Counted from the first letter of the stretch, positions 18,347 through 28,903 are shown. The stretch is 64,000 nt of DNA from Escherichia coli (GCF_003018255.1 NZ_CP027440.1), one strand, 5' to 3'. Program-made: numbers and translations. The notes: generated by a model not told the origin, from the sequence alone.

Positions 18347-19171
18347 TCAGGACAGGAAGCCCAGCACATTGCCGATAATCCCTAAGCCAAACAGGGCGAA
18401 AATCAGCCATACCGGGTTAATTTTTTTGTTGAGCAGACGAACCATCAGTAGCGTCAGACCGAGCGCCAGCAAACCAGGGCAAAGTTGGTCGAGAATGTTC
18501 TGCACGGTCATGGTGACGGTGGAGCCATCGGCGGCATGCGTTTGTGAAACCACCAACGGTACGTTGATTGACGTCCATTTGGTGACCAGCACGCCCATCA
18601 CAAACAGTCCGAGAATCGACGCGCCTTCGGTGAGTTTTTGCAGCACATTCCCGCCCATATCGCTGACGATATTCACCCCTTTGCGAAAGCCGAGCTGTAG
18701 GCCATACCACTTCATCGCCAGACGCACCGCGTTGAAAATAAAGAAGAACAGCAGGGGGCCGAGAATGTTGCCCGAAAGTGCCAGAGATGCGCCGAGCGCG
18801 GCGGTAATCGGGCGCAGCGTTCCCCAGACCAGTGGATCGCCAACCCCTGCCAACGGTCCCATCAGGCCGACTTTGATGCCGTTAATGGTACCGTCATCAA
18901 TTTCCGCGCCGTTGGCCCGCGCCTCTTCCATGGCGGCAGTGACGCCGATGACCGGGCCACATACGGCTGGCGTGGTATTGAAGAACACCAGGTGTCGCCT
19001 GAGCGCCGCAACCTGATCCTCTTTTAATGGGTAAAGTCGCTTGATGGCGGGGATCATGTCGTAGCAAAAACCCAGCCCATGAATACGTTCAAAGTTAAAG
19101 GACGCCTGTTGCAGGTTGGAGCGCAGAAACATGTTCACCAGATCGCTGCGTGTAATTTTTCTCTGTTCCAT
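18347..19171 (-). CDS. sorM: PTS sorbose-specific EIID component
   Basis: Mannose-family IID membrane protein. Start taken at MEQRKITRSDLV (GGAG 5 nt upstream); the ORF-track start at 19201 would overlap sorA by 20 nt and lacks a Shine-Dalgarno. Confidence 0.8.
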   Translation of the reverse strand: MEQRKITRSDLVNMFLRSNLQQASFNFERIHGLGFCYDMIPAIKRLYPLKEDQVAALRRHLVFFNTTPAVCGPVIGVTAAMEEARANGAEIDDGTINGIKVGLMGPLAGVGDPLVWGTLRPITAALGASLALSGNILGPLLFFFIFNAVRLAMKWYGLQLGFRKGVNIVSDMGGNVLQKLTEGASILGLFVMGVLVTKWTSINVPLVVSQTHAADGSTVTMTVQNILDQLCPGLLALGLTLLMVRLLNKKINPVWLIFALFGLGIIGNVLGFLS

Positions 19172-19181
19172 GATGGCTCCG

Positions 19182-19979
19182 TTAATTGTCAAGTTGGTCA
19201 AGGGCGGTGGAGGCGGTGGCCTGGAGTTGAGGTTCAGCTTTACGCCACTGTGGATTTAGCTGGATGTAGACCAGGGCCATGATCACGCCGACGCCACCGA
19301 ACGCCAGCAGACTGAGATCGAGGTAGCCACCTGCGAGGAAACCGAGGAAAAAGAAAGGCATCAAATATTTCACGCCCATCATGCGAAGCACCATGGCGTA
19401 ACCGACCACCACGATAAAACCGCCAGCAATCTGCAGTCCACGGGTCACAAATTCGGGAATGGCGCTCAGCATATTGCTCACCATATCAGCGCTGACGAAC
19501 AGCGAGACAATCAGTGCCGGAATAGCAACGCGCAGTGCCTGCACGCCAAGCGCGGAGACATGCAGAATATCGAGAGTGCGAAACCGTGCTTCTTCCGCTG
19601 CTTTATCCGCCGCGTGCTGGAACACTACGGTGATGGTACGGGCAAACACCGTCAGCACCTGGCCTGCCGCAGCCACAGGCAACGCGATGGCGATTCCGGT
19701 GGCGATGCTTTGCTGACCAACGATAACCAGAATGGCGGAGATTATGCTGGCGAGTGCAGAATCCGGAGATTGCGCCGCGCCGACGTTCATCCAGCCGAGA
19801 GCTATCAATTCCAGCGTACCACCGAGCATAATTCCGGTTTTTAAATCACCGAGAATTAAACCAATCACCGTACAGGCAATTAACGGACGATGAGTCTGAA
19901 ATTCATCCAGCACGCTGCCCATTCCGGCAATACAGGAAAAAAGAAATATAGCAATGATTTGTAGGGTACTTATTTCCAT
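19182..19979 (-). CDS. sorA: PTS sorbose-specific EIIC component
   Basis: 265-aa polytopic membrane protein of the mannose-family IIC type, between the IIB and IID genes. Confidence 0.88.
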   Translation of the reverse strand: MEISTLQIIAIFLFSCIAGMGSVLDEFQTHRPLIACTVIGLILGDLKTGIMLGGTLELIALGWMNVGAAQSPDSALASIISAILVIVGQQSIATGIAIALPVAAAGQVLTVFARTITVVFQHAADKAAEEARFRTLDILHVSALGVQALRVAIPALIVSLFVSADMVSNMLSAIPEFVTRGLQIAGGFIVVVGYAMVLRMMGVKYLMPFFFLGFLAGGYLDLSLLAFGGVGVIMALVYIQLNPQWRKAEPQLQATASTALDQLDN

Positions 19980-20044
19980 GATTTGTCACCTTTTAAGTGT
20001 CGTCATCCCTGCCTGTTAAAGCATATGTACACAGGCGCTATTAT

Positions 20045-20539
20045 TTAATTTGCGATTAACTGTTCGTTTATTTTGTCGATAATATTGATTGAGGGATCTG
20101 ACGCTACGACGCGTAAATCCAGTATGACGCCAAGATTATTTAACTCATGAAATGCGTTAATATCATCATCATCTAATGAAACCGCTTTGGTTAACTGTTT
20201 TTTACCGGGCCGCCAGGCCATGCCGCCAATATTCAGGGTGTCTATTTTTACCCCCTGGCGAACCATCGCTAAGGCATCCTGTGGGCGAGTGAAAAGATAA
20301 AAAACGGTTTCGTCCTGATATTGCGGGTTGTGATAAACCGCGACGGCTTTTTCAATATTGACCACGTTAACCTTCATTCCCGGTGGCGCAGCCTGACGCA
20401 ATAATGTCCGGCGCACTTCATCGTTATAAACTTCGTCATTGCAGATAATAATGTGCTGGGCATTAGCCACTTTCGACCAGACGGTAGTGACCTGGCCGTG
20501 GATCAGACGGTCATCAATGCGGGCGAGCGTAATGTTCAT
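20045..20539 (-). CDS. sorB: PTS sorbose-specific EIIB component
   Basis: 164-aa ORF with N-terminal RIDDRLIHGQV motif typical of mannose-family IIB domains. Confidence 0.88.
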   Translation of the reverse strand: MNITLARIDDRLIHGQVTTVWSKVANAQHIIICNDEVYNDEVRRTLLRQAAPPGMKVNVVNIEKAVAVYHNPQYQDETVFYLFTRPQDALAMVRQGVKIDTLNIGGMAWRPGKKQLTKAVSLDDDDINAFHELNNLGVILDLRVVASDPSINIIDKINEQLIAN

Positions 20540-20946
20540 CAGAAATCCTCCTCTGCCGTTGCCAGTTGTTTCCAGACAACGCAGGTTTGCTTTGCGATTT
20601 GCGTCAGGTGTTCACACAGTTCATCAACATTCATGCTGTGCTGGTTATCAACCAGTTCGAGCGCCAGCGGCAGAGAAAGGCCGCTGATTACCCGCAGACG
20701 AGGATTGCGCATCGCAAGCATCGCTGCCGCATTCCACGGGCTGCCGCACTGTAAATCCACGGCAATCAGCCACTCATCTTGATTGTGAATGCTTACTAAC
20801 TTTTCCAGCTTTGCTACGATGTCTCCGGCGTTTTCACCGGGCACAAATTCAACGGCTTCAACATTGGCGTTGCCGTAAACCATCTGAACCGATTCCAGCA
20901 TGGCGCAAGCTAATTTGCCGTGGGCACAAAAAATGGCGTTGACCAT
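20539..20946 (-). CDS. sorF: PTS sorbose-specific EIIA component
   Basis: 135-aa ORF of the mannose-family IIA type; AAGGAG upstream; its stop shares 1 nt with the sorB start. Confidence 0.88.
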   Translation of the reverse strand: MVNAIFCAHGKLACAMLESVQMVYGNANVEAVEFVPGENAGDIVAKLEKLVSIHNQDEWLIAVDLQCGSPWNAAAMLAMRNPRLRVISGLSLPLALELVDNQHSMNVDELCEHLTQIAKQTCVVWKQLATAEEDF

Positions 20947-20955
20947 AAAGCCTCC

Positions 20956-21762
20956 TTAGCCGCGCGTTTTGCCGCCCGCAATGTTAGTGGTTACTCCGGT
21001 GATATAGCTGGCGCGTTGAGACAGCAGATAACAAACAAAATCAGCGACTTCTGCTAATCTTCCGGCGCGCCCAATAGGAATGGCGTTTTTGGTATAGCCT
21101 TCACGCAGCTGCTCGACGGTGATATTGCGCGTCCACGCCAGCGCCTCTTCATATTCCGGCGTGCGTAGCCCGGTTTTTTCCAGAATCCCGGGCGCGATAC
21201 CGACCACACGGATGCCGTGTTTACCCAGCTCTTTCGACCAGGAGCGCGTGAAGCTATTGAGCGCGGCTTTGGTAGCGGCGTAACAGCTTTGGCCTTCTGA
21301 GCCTTCCAGTCCACTTTCTGAGGAAACATTCACAATCACGCCATCATGTTGTTTGACCATCTGTCGCGCCACCGCCTGCGACATCAGAAAAACGCCTTTC
21401 TGGTTGATATTGACCATTTTTTCGAATGCAGCTTCGTTGAGTTCATACTGCCCGGCAGGCGCTTTCTCATCGACCAGCAGACGCGGGAAATTGACCCCGG
21501 CGTTATTGACCAGACCGTCGATGCGACCAAAACGCTGGATAATTTCCGCTACCGTATGATTTACCTCTTTGGCGCTGGAAATATCGGTCGGCCAAAACTG
21601 ATAGCCTTTATGACCTTCATATTGTCCATCGCCACCGTGAATATCGACCATCTGTACATTCGCGCCTTGTGCTAATAATTCCTCTACAATCGCCAGACCA
21701 ATACCGCATGCGCCGCCGGTGACGATAATGATTTTATCCTGCAAATTTAACCACGTTTGCAT
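20956..21762 (-). CDS. sorD: Sorbitol(glucitol)-6-phosphate dehydrogenase, SDR family
   Basis: 268-aa short-chain dehydrogenase with N-terminal TGGACGIG cofactor motif and the YAATK catalytic motif. Confidence 0.87.
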   Translation of the reverse strand: MQTWLNLQDKIIIVTGGACGIGLAIVEELLAQGANVQMVDIHGGDGQYEGHKGYQFWPTDISSAKEVNHTVAEIIQRFGRIDGLVNNAGVNFPRLLVDEKAPAGQYELNEAAFEKMVNINQKGVFLMSQAVARQMVKQHDGVIVNVSSESGLEGSEGQSCYAATKAALNSFTRSWSKELGKHGIRVVGIAPGILEKTGLRTPEYEEALAWTRNITVEQLREGYTKNAIPIGRAGRLAEVADFVCYLLSQRASYITGVTTNIAGGKTRG

Positions 21763-21831
21763 AACAGACTCCTGATTTTAGATAATAGGGACCCGCCGTA
21801 ATTTTTATTACGATAAACATCGGGAAGATTT

Positions 21832-22779
21832 TTATTTCAGTAATAGTTCAGCTGTGCTGCTATTCGTTACCAGACAATTAATATATTTTCCACGCAGTGT
21901 ACCAATAATTCCGCTGTATTTTTCTTCACTCATGGCAATGCCAATGGAATACCGCGCCTGCTTTAATTTATTCATTTCGATAGAGAGTGTTTTTTCGCTC
22001 ATATTCGTTTCAACCATTGCGCCGTGAATATCAAAAAAGCGCGAGCAAATATCGCCAGCAACCTGGCGGGCATTCAGGTCGTCACTCTCTTCACCACCAT
22101 AAAACGCATGCCAGTTAGCGCCGTCGCGAATGGCCGGTGAGCCAATTCCCACCAGGGCGACATCCAGATTATCCCAGTAGGCAGAGATGGTTTTAAAGTG
22201 CTGAGACTGCATGATCCCATTACGAATTAATGGGTTATCCAGCAGAGCCGGAAAATCCGCGAGATGCGATTCCCCTTTCAGCTTCGCTGCCGCGCTGTAG
22301 GTTAATGTGTTTACGTGATAGCGGCTTTCGAGTTTACCGGACGGTCCGCCAATAATTGGTACGCAGATTAACTGCCGCGATTGCCCCGCCTGCGGCAAGT
22401 TTTCAACCAGTGCGCTCACCGCGCGACCCCAGGAAAAACCGACAATATCGCCAGGCTCCAGCAAGCGATCCAGCAGTTGCGCGCCGTGTAACCCCATCAT
22501 CGCCAGTTGAGTCTCTTCATCCTCATCATTTCCCGACACCACCACAACGTCTTTCAGGCCAAACTTTTGCTTCAGTTGCTGCTCCAGCCAGAGATTTTCG
22601 TTGTAGTCATAGTTGATGGCGATGGTGACAATTCCCTGATCGCGGCCTCGTTTAAGCAAGCGGCTGATGGTGGTGCGGTAAATACCCAGTTCGCGCGCGA
22701 TTTGCGCCTGCGTCATATCCTGTTCGTAATAGAGTTGGGCAATCTTCACAATCAAACGGATATCGTCACTGTTTTCCAT
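21832..22779 (-). CDS. sorC: Sorbose operon transcriptional regulator (SorC/DeoR family)
   Basis: ORF-track 21832..22863 begins at a TTG; start moved to MENSDDIRLIVKIAQLYYEQDMTQAQIARELGIYRTTISR (315 aa), preceded by AGGAGG. N-terminal helix-turn-helix plus sugar-phosphate binding domain. Confidence 0.85.
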   Translation of the reverse strand: MENSDDIRLIVKIAQLYYEQDMTQAQIARELGIYRTTISRLLKRGRDQGIVTIAINYDYNENLWLEQQLKQKFGLKDVVVVSGNDEDEETQLAMMGLHGAQLLDRLLEPGDIVGFSWGRAVSALVENLPQAGQSRQLICVPIIGGPSGKLESRYHVNTLTYSAAAKLKGESHLADFPALLDNPLIRNGIMQSQHFKTISAYWDNLDVALVGIGSPAIRDGANWHAFYGGEESDDLNARQVAGDICSRFFDIHGAMVETNMSEKTLSIEMNKLKQARYSIGIAMSEEKYSGIIGTLRGKYINCLVTNSSTAELLLK

Positions 22780-23126
22780 TGCCGCCTCCTGGTTCTGCAC
22801 ATTTGTGCAAATACGCTTTCTCACCGCTTGATCTGATATAACCCCATCATGAGGGCCTTTCAAAGCGATTTTTCACTCTTTGCATGGGGAGAAATAGCGC
22901 TTTCTCTTGCACATTTGTTTCTCTGCGTAGTAGTCATCAGCACAGGTGTGCAGCGATTCGTAATATGTTGATTATCCTTATTTTGCCAGGCAAATTTGCA
23001 TCGTACTTCCGGAGACACTTTTGTGATAAAAGGCGTGGCAGATCACATTTAATTTCGACGTTGCCGCATAACCCTGTTTTTCCCCGCTAAGAGGTACGGT
23101 ATATTCCGCGTTTTACAGGAGAATTT

Positions 23127-23999
23127 ATGCTGCCCGACTCATCAGTCCGTTTAAATAAATACATCAGCGAAAGCGGAATTTGCTCACGCCGCGAAGCGGA
23201 TCGCTATATCGAGCAAGGCAATGTGTTCCTTAATGGCAAGCGAGCCACCATTGGCGATCAGGTGAAACCCGGCGACGTTGTGAAAGTAAATGGTCAGTTG
23301 ATTGAACCTCGGGAAGCCGAAGATTTGGTACTTATCGCCCTGAACAAGCCCGTCGGTATTGTCAGCACCACCGAAGATGGCGAGCGCGATAACATTGTCG
23401 ATTTCGTTAACCACAGCAAACGCGTATTCCCGATTGGCCGCCTGGATAAAGACTCCCAGGGGCTGATTTTCCTCACCAATCACGGCGATCTGGTGAATAA
23501 GATCCTCCGTGCGGGTAACGATCATGAGAAAGAGTATCTGGTGACGGTCGATAAACCGATTACCGATGAATTTATTCGTGGTATGGGGGCGGGGGTGCCA
23601 ATCCTCGGGACAGTGACTAAAAAGTGCAAAGTCAAAAAAGAAGCGCCATTTGTCTTCCGCATTACCCTGGTGCAGGGGCTGAACCGTCAGATCCGTCGCA
23701 TGTGCGAGCACTTTGGTTACGAAGTGAAAAAGCTGGAACGTACGCGCATTATGAACGTCAGTTTAAGCGGCATTCCGCTGGGGGAGTGGCGCGATTTAAC
23801 CGACGATGAGTTAATCGACCTCTTTAAGCTCATCGAAAATTCCTCTTCCGAGGCAAAACCTAAAGCGAAGGCCAAACCGAAAACGGTAGGCATCAAACGT
23901 CCAGTCGTTAAGATGGAAAAAACGGCGGAAAAAGGCGGTCGCCCGGCGTCCAACGGTAAGCGTTTTACCTCGCCGGGGCGCAAAAAGAAGGGGCGTTAA
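23127..23999 (+). CDS. rluF: 23S rRNA pseudouridine synthase F
   Basis: 290-aa ORF with N-terminal S4 domain, RluA/RsuA-type catalytic region and Lys-rich tail; recognised as RluF. Confidence 0.93.
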   Translation: MLPDSSVRLNKYISESGICSRREADRYIEQGNVFLNGKRATIGDQVKPGDVVKVNGQLIEPREAEDLVLIALNKPVGIVSTTEDGERDNIVDFVNHSKRVFPIGRLDKDSQGLIFLTNHGDLVNKILRAGNDHEKEYLVTVDKPITDEFIRGMGAGVPILGTVTKKCKVKKEAPFVFRITLVQGLNRQIRRMCEHFGYEVKKLERTRIMNVSLSGIPLGEWRDLTDDELIDLFKLIENSSSEAKPKAKAKPKTVGIKRPVVKMEKTAEKGGRPASNGKRFTSPGRKKKGR

Positions 24000-24272
24000 T
24001 CAGCGCCTGCCGCGCGTCGACGTATTTGCTGACCAGCTAAATGACGCCTCAGGATCCGGTTTATAAGCCTGCTTTTTCTTCAATTGGCGGGCTTTTTTCG
24101 CTTCAGCCTCACGCTCGACCATTAATTTATCGATGTACTCTTTCTTAATGCTGTTGGTTTCGGAGTTGGTCAGTACGCGACCATGCGCAATCCGCGCCCG
24201 ATCCAGCAGTGTTTTAAGTTCACGCTGCTCGCGTTCAGTCATCTCTTTTTGGGTAATACGGGGGAGTGCCAT
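24000..24272 (-). CDS. yjbD: Uncharacterised protein YjbD (DUF3811)
   Basis: 90-aa ORF convergent with rluF; sequence recognised as YjbD. Confidence 0.85.
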   Translation of the reverse strand: MALPRITQKEMTEREQRELKTLLDRARIAHGRVLTNSETNSIKKEYIDKLMVEREAEAKKARQLKKKQAYKPDPEASFSWSANTSTRGRR

Positions 24273-24481
24273 GATGGTGCCCTCAGTGAGCCAGAGAGTT
24301 CAGTGTACGGGAATTCGTTTGCGAGCAGAACTGATAATATTCATTTTGCCTTCTCTTAACTATTTATCTCTTTCGATAATTAATTAGAGATGTAGATAAA
24401 AAAATTAAAGGCAATTATTCTCCGATAAAGACGTTGGTTAACAGAGTACAGGCTCGTTTATTTATGGGCATAATGACAAGA

Positions 24482-24516
24482 AAAACAATACGGCCCGAAA
24501 TAATGTCTTCCGGGCC
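24482..24516 (-). terminator. lysC intrinsic terminator
   Basis: On the minus strand, hairpin ggcccg...cgggcc followed by a T tract (plus-strand A run at 24481-24490), 10 bp past the lysC stop. Confidence 0.75.
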
Positions 24517-24525
24517 ATACTGTGT

Positions 24526-25875
24526 TTACTCAAACAAATTAAAATGCAGCTTCTGCACCACCTGCTCGGCATCTTCGCCGGGCACCAGGAAGCACAGGTT
24601 ATGGCTGGATGCGCCGTAACAAATCATGCGAATGTTGAACGGTTCCAGTACGCCGAATACCTCTTTGCCAACGCCGCAGGCTTTTGACAGGTCATTGCCA
24701 ATCAACGCGACCAGCGCCAGACCTTCCTCCACTTCTACCCGGCATAGTGCAGACAGCTCCATCAGCAGAGATTGCGTCAGCAAGGTATCGCCAGTGGAGG
24801 TTGAACCGGTGGTATCAAGGGTTAATGCCACGCTCACTTCTGACGTGGTGATTAAGTCTACCGAAATATTATGCCGCGCGAGGATGCCGAAAACTTCCGC
24901 GAGGAAACCGCGAGAATGCAGCATATTCAGGCTGTGCAAAGTGAGCAGAGTCTGATTGCGACGAAGCGCCAGCGCGCGGAACAGCGGCGGATTTTCAGTT
25001 TTATTGCACACCAGCGTACCACCTGCGCGTGGGTCTTTGCTGGAGCCGACAAAGACCGGGATATCGCTGCGTACTGCGGGTAGCAACGTTGCCGGATGCA
25101 GTACTTTTGCACCAAAAGTTGCCATCTCTGCCGCTTCGGCAAACGCGATTTCATCAATGCGTTTTGCTGCGGAAACCACGCGTGGATCGGTGGTGTAGAT
25201 GCCCGGGACGTCGGTCCAGATATCAACACGAGATGCGTGTAAAGCCTCCGCCAGCAAGGCTGCCGTATAATCGCTGCCTCCACGGCCAAGCGTCGTTGTA
25301 CGACCTTTATTTTCGCTGCCGATAAATCCCTGGGTGATCACTAAGCCTTCATTGAGGCGTGGGAGCAGTTGCAGCGCGGCCAGTTCCGCCAGCGCGGCTA
25401 CATCTGGCTCTGCACGACCAAATCGGTCGTTGGTACGCATCACTTTACGTACATCAAACCATTGTGCCTGAACATCGCGTTCGCGCAGGATCTCGACAAA
25501 CAGCAGGGTCGACATCAGCTCGCCGTGGCTGACCAGTTCATCTGTCAGGGCCGGAGACGTTGCCAGCGCCGCCGCTTCTGCCAGAACAGTAATGTTCTCC
25601 AGCAGACGTTCAATCTCTTCACGGATAACGTTCGGGTAACGCAGACGTTCCAGAATGGCAAACTGGATGTTGCGAATAGCGTCGAGTTTTTCGAATCGCT
25701 CGCCAGGTTCCAGTCCTTCAGCTAAAGCGACCAGCAGATTAGTGATACCAGCAGAAGCCGAGAGGACAACTAAACGCACGTTGGCATCAGAAAGCACAAT
25801 ATCAGCGCTGCGGTTCATGGCGTCAAAATCAGCTACGCTGGTACCGCCAAATTTGGAGACAACAATTTCAGACAT
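24526..25875 (-). CDS. lysC: Lysine-sensitive aspartokinase III
   Basis: 449-aa ORF starting MSEIVVSKFGGTSVADFDAMNRSADIVLSD, recognised as LysC. Confidence 0.96.
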   Translation of the reverse strand: MSEIVVSKFGGTSVADFDAMNRSADIVLSDANVRLVVLSASAGITNLLVALAEGLEPGERFEKLDAIRNIQFAILERLRYPNVIREEIERLLENITVLAEAAALATSPALTDELVSHGELMSTLLFVEILRERDVQAQWFDVRKVMRTNDRFGRAEPDVAALAELAALQLLPRLNEGLVITQGFIGSENKGRTTTLGRGGSDYTAALLAEALHASRVDIWTDVPGIYTTDPRVVSAAKRIDEIAFAEAAEMATFGAKVLHPATLLPAVRSDIPVFVGSSKDPRAGGTLVCNKTENPPLFRALALRRNQTLLTLHSLNMLHSRGFLAEVFGILARHNISVDLITTSEVSVALTLDTTGSTSTGDTLLTQSLLMELSALCRVEVEEGLALVALIGNDLSKACGVGKEVFGVLEPFNIRMICYGASSHNLCFLVPGEDAEQVVQKLHFNLFE

Positions 25876-25959
25876 AACTACCTCGTGTCAGGGGATCCAT
25901 TTTCAGCCTTGGCACAAGGGAAGAGCGGAAGACGGGTGGGCGCAGAGCGATACTTCGCT

Positions 25960-26160
25960 ACTATTTTCACCCAGAAGTGCTCCACCACTTGCGAAACGCC
26001 CGACTGCGAACGCTTCTGGTGACAACCCAGGGGATTCAGCCCCTGTAGCCGATGATGAACGTGGCCAGCCGTTCAATCACCTCGGCGATGCACCCCCTCA
26101 GGTGTTATCACAGGACTGGCTCCTCCAACACCGTTACTTGGGCAACGCGCCTCTTCTGGC
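25960..26160 (-). ncRNA. Lysine riboswitch (L box) in the lysC 5' leader
   Basis: About 300-nt untranslated leader upstream of lysC; minus-strand sequence GAAGAGGCGCGTTGCCCAAGTAACGGTGTTGGAGGAGCCAGTCCTGTGATAACACCTGAGGGGGTGCATCGCCGAGGTGATTGAACGG... is recognised as the E. coli lysC leader. Aptamer boundaries approximate. Confidence 0.85.
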
Positions 26161-26399
26161 CTGCGCTAGCGCAGGTAGTACATTTATAAATAAAGGGTGA
26201 GCGGGGCGGTTGTCAACGATGGGGTCATGCGGATTTTTCATCCACTCCTGGCGGTCAGTAGTTCAGCTAATAAATGCTTCACTGCGCTAAGGGTTTACAC
26301 TCAACATTACGCTAACGGCACTAAAACCATCACATTTTTCTGTGACTGGCGCTACAATCTTCCAAAGTCACAATTCTCAAAATCAGAAGAGTATTGCTA

Positions 26400-28049
26400 A
26401 TGAAAAACATCAATCCAACGCAGACCGCTGCCTGGCAGGCACTACAGAAACACTTCGATGAAATGAAAGACGTTACGATCGCCGATCTTTTTGCTAAAGA
26501 CGGCGATCGTTTTTCTAAGTTCTCCGCAACCTTCGACGATCAGATGCTGGTGGATTACTCCAAAAACCGCATCACTGAAGAGACGCTGGCGAAATTACAA
26601 GATCTGGCGAAAGAGTGCGATCTGGCGGGCGCGATTAAGTCGATGTTCTCTGGCGAGAAGATCAACCGCACTGAAAACCGCGCCGTGCTGCACGTAGCGC
26701 TGCGTAACCGTAGCAATACCCCGATTTTGGTTGATGGCAAAGACGTAATGCCGGAAGTCAACGCGGTGCTGGAGAAGATGAAAACCTTCTCGGAAGCGAT
26801 TATCTCCGGTGAGTGGAAGGGTTATACCGGCAAAGCAATCACTGACGTAGTGAACATCGGGATCGGCGGTTCTGACCTCGGCCCGTACATGGTGACCGAA
26901 GCACTGCGTCCGTACAAAAATCACCTGAACATGCACTTTGTTTCTAACGTCGATGGGACTCACATCGCGGAAGTGCTGAAAAAAGTAAACCCGGAAACCA
27001 CGCTGTTCCTGGTAGCATCTAAAACCTTCACCACTCAGGAAACCATGACCAACGCCCATAGTGCGCGTGACTGGTTCCTGAAAGCGGCTGGTGATGAAAA
27101 ACACGTTGCGAAACACTTTGCGGCGCTTTCCACCAATGCCAAAGCCGTTGGCGAGTTTGGTATTGATACTGCCAACATGTTCGAGTTCTGGGACTGGGTT
27201 GGCGGCCGTTACTCTTTGTGGTCAGCAATTGGCCTGTCGATTGTTCTCTCCATCGGCTTTGATAATTTTGTTGAACTGCTTTCTGGCGCACACGCGATGG
27301 ACAAGCATTTCTCCACCACGCCTGCCGAGAAAAACCTGCCTGTCTTGCTGGCGCTGATTGGCATCTGGTACAACAATTTCTTTGGCGCGGAAACTGAAGC
27401 GATTCTGCCGTATGACCAGTATATGCACCGTTTCGCGGCGTACTTCCAGCAGGGCAATATGGAGTCCAACGGTAAGTACGTTGACCGTAACGGTAACGTC
27501 GTGGATTACCAGACTGGCCCGATTATCTGGGGTGAACCCGGCACTAACGGTCAGCACGCGTTCTACCAGCTGATCCACCAGGGAACCAAAATGGTACCGT
27601 GCGATTTCATCGCCCCGGCTATCACCCATAACCCGCTCTCTGATCATCACCAGAAACTGCTGTCTAACTTCTTTGCTCAGACCGAAGCGCTGGCGTTTGG
27701 TAAATCCCGCGAAGTGGTTGAGCAGGAATATCGTGATCAGGGTAAAGATCCGGCAACGCTTGACTACGTGGTGCCGTTCAAAGTGTTCGAAGGTAACCGC
27801 CCGACCAACTCTATCCTGCTGCGCGAAATCACTCCGTTCAGCCTGGGTGCGTTGATTGCGCTGTATGAGCACAAAATCTTTACTCAGGGCGTGATCCTGA
27901 ACATCTTCACCTTCGACCAGTGGGGCGTGGAGCTGGGTAAACAACTGGCGAACCGTATTCTGCCAGAGCTGAAAGATGATAAAGAAATCAGCAGCCACGA
28001 TAGCTCGACCAATGGTCTGATTAACCGCTATAAAGCGTGGCGCGGTTAA
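26400..28049 (+). CDS. pgi: Glucose-6-phosphate isomerase
   Basis: ORF-track 26394..28049 begins at a TTG; start moved to [24 protein letters not shown] (549 aa), the known Pgi N-terminus. Confidence 0.96.
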
Positions 28050-28062
28050 TCATTGTCGATAT

Positions 28063-28139
28063 GTAGGCCGGATAAGGCGTTCACGCCGCATCCGGCAACC
28101 GATGCCTGATGCGACGCGGTCGCGTCTTATCAGGCCTAC
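28063..28139. repeat. REP element downstream of pgi
   Basis: gtaggccggataaggcgttcacgccgcatccggcaa...gcctgatgcgacgc...gcgtcttatcaggcctac. Confidence 0.9.
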
Positions 28140-28206
28140 AGGTCGATGCCGATATGTACATCGTATTCGGCAATTAATACATAGTACGATTGATTAAATA
28201 GCCTTA

Positions 28207-28240
28207 AAAACAATGCCGACTATAAGTCGGCATTGTTTTA
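28207..28240 (+). terminator. Intrinsic terminator after pgi
   Basis: Near-perfect palindrome aacaatgccgact-ata-agtcggcattgtt followed by ttta. Confidence 0.8.
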
Positions 28241-28546
28241 TCAGATAAATCCTCTTGTCTGTCATTTAACGAAAATCATACCGTGAGGTTAATCCTAAAA
28301 TAGATTTTTAATCGTGATTGATTTCGGAAAATACGCAGAGTAATTACTTTTTATTTTATTTTAACTTCATGATTTTTAATCTTATTTATATATAAGTCAA
28401 AGCTTATATTTGATATTCATTCCAATTGTCCTAAAACTCCATCACTAATTCCCTGCGCCGTAATTCGCATGCTTTAGTTGTGTATACTCGATCCCGCCCG
28501 AAATGTTTTGGGTAAATCTCCATTCATTCAATGAAGGGAAATTGTT

Positions 28547-28789
28547 ATGAAAAAAGTTCTGTATGGCATTTTTGCCATATCTGCGCTTGCGGCGACTTCT
28601 GCGTGGGCTGCACCTGTACAGGTGGGCGAAGCGGCAGGATCGGCAGCAACGTCGGTTTCGGCGGGTAGTTCCTCCGCGACCAGCGTCAGCACCGTAAGCT
28701 CGGCGGTGGGTGTCGCGCTCGCGGCAACCGGTGGCGGTGATGGTTCTAATACCGGGACCACCACAACCACGACCACCAGTACCCAGTAA
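28547..28789 (+). CDS. yjbE: Small secreted Ser/Thr/Gly-rich protein YjbE
   Basis: 80-aa ORF with signal peptide [21 protein letters not shown] and a low-complexity body ending in a poly-Thr run; first gene of yjbEFGH. Confidence 0.85.
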
Positions 28790-28903
28790 TAAAGTATGTA
28801 TCCCCAAAATAATTCGAGTCATCGCATCTGAAGCTTGAAGTATGAAGGGGATTAACCATAACCACACTCCGGTGTGGTTATTCTGCCCCTCTGGAGAAGA
28901 GTC

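Noticed and set aside
22884-23090. 68-aa plus-strand ORF in the sorC-rluF spacer
   Set aside because: Lies in the divergent promoter region, no Shine-Dalgarno, Cys/Arg-rich product typical of random frames in promoter DNA.
16686-23126. Mobile element, prophage or integrative island carrying the sor genes
   Set aside because: No integrase, transposase, terminal inverted repeats, tRNA attachment site or flanking direct repeats are visible; the locus looks like a simple accessory operon.
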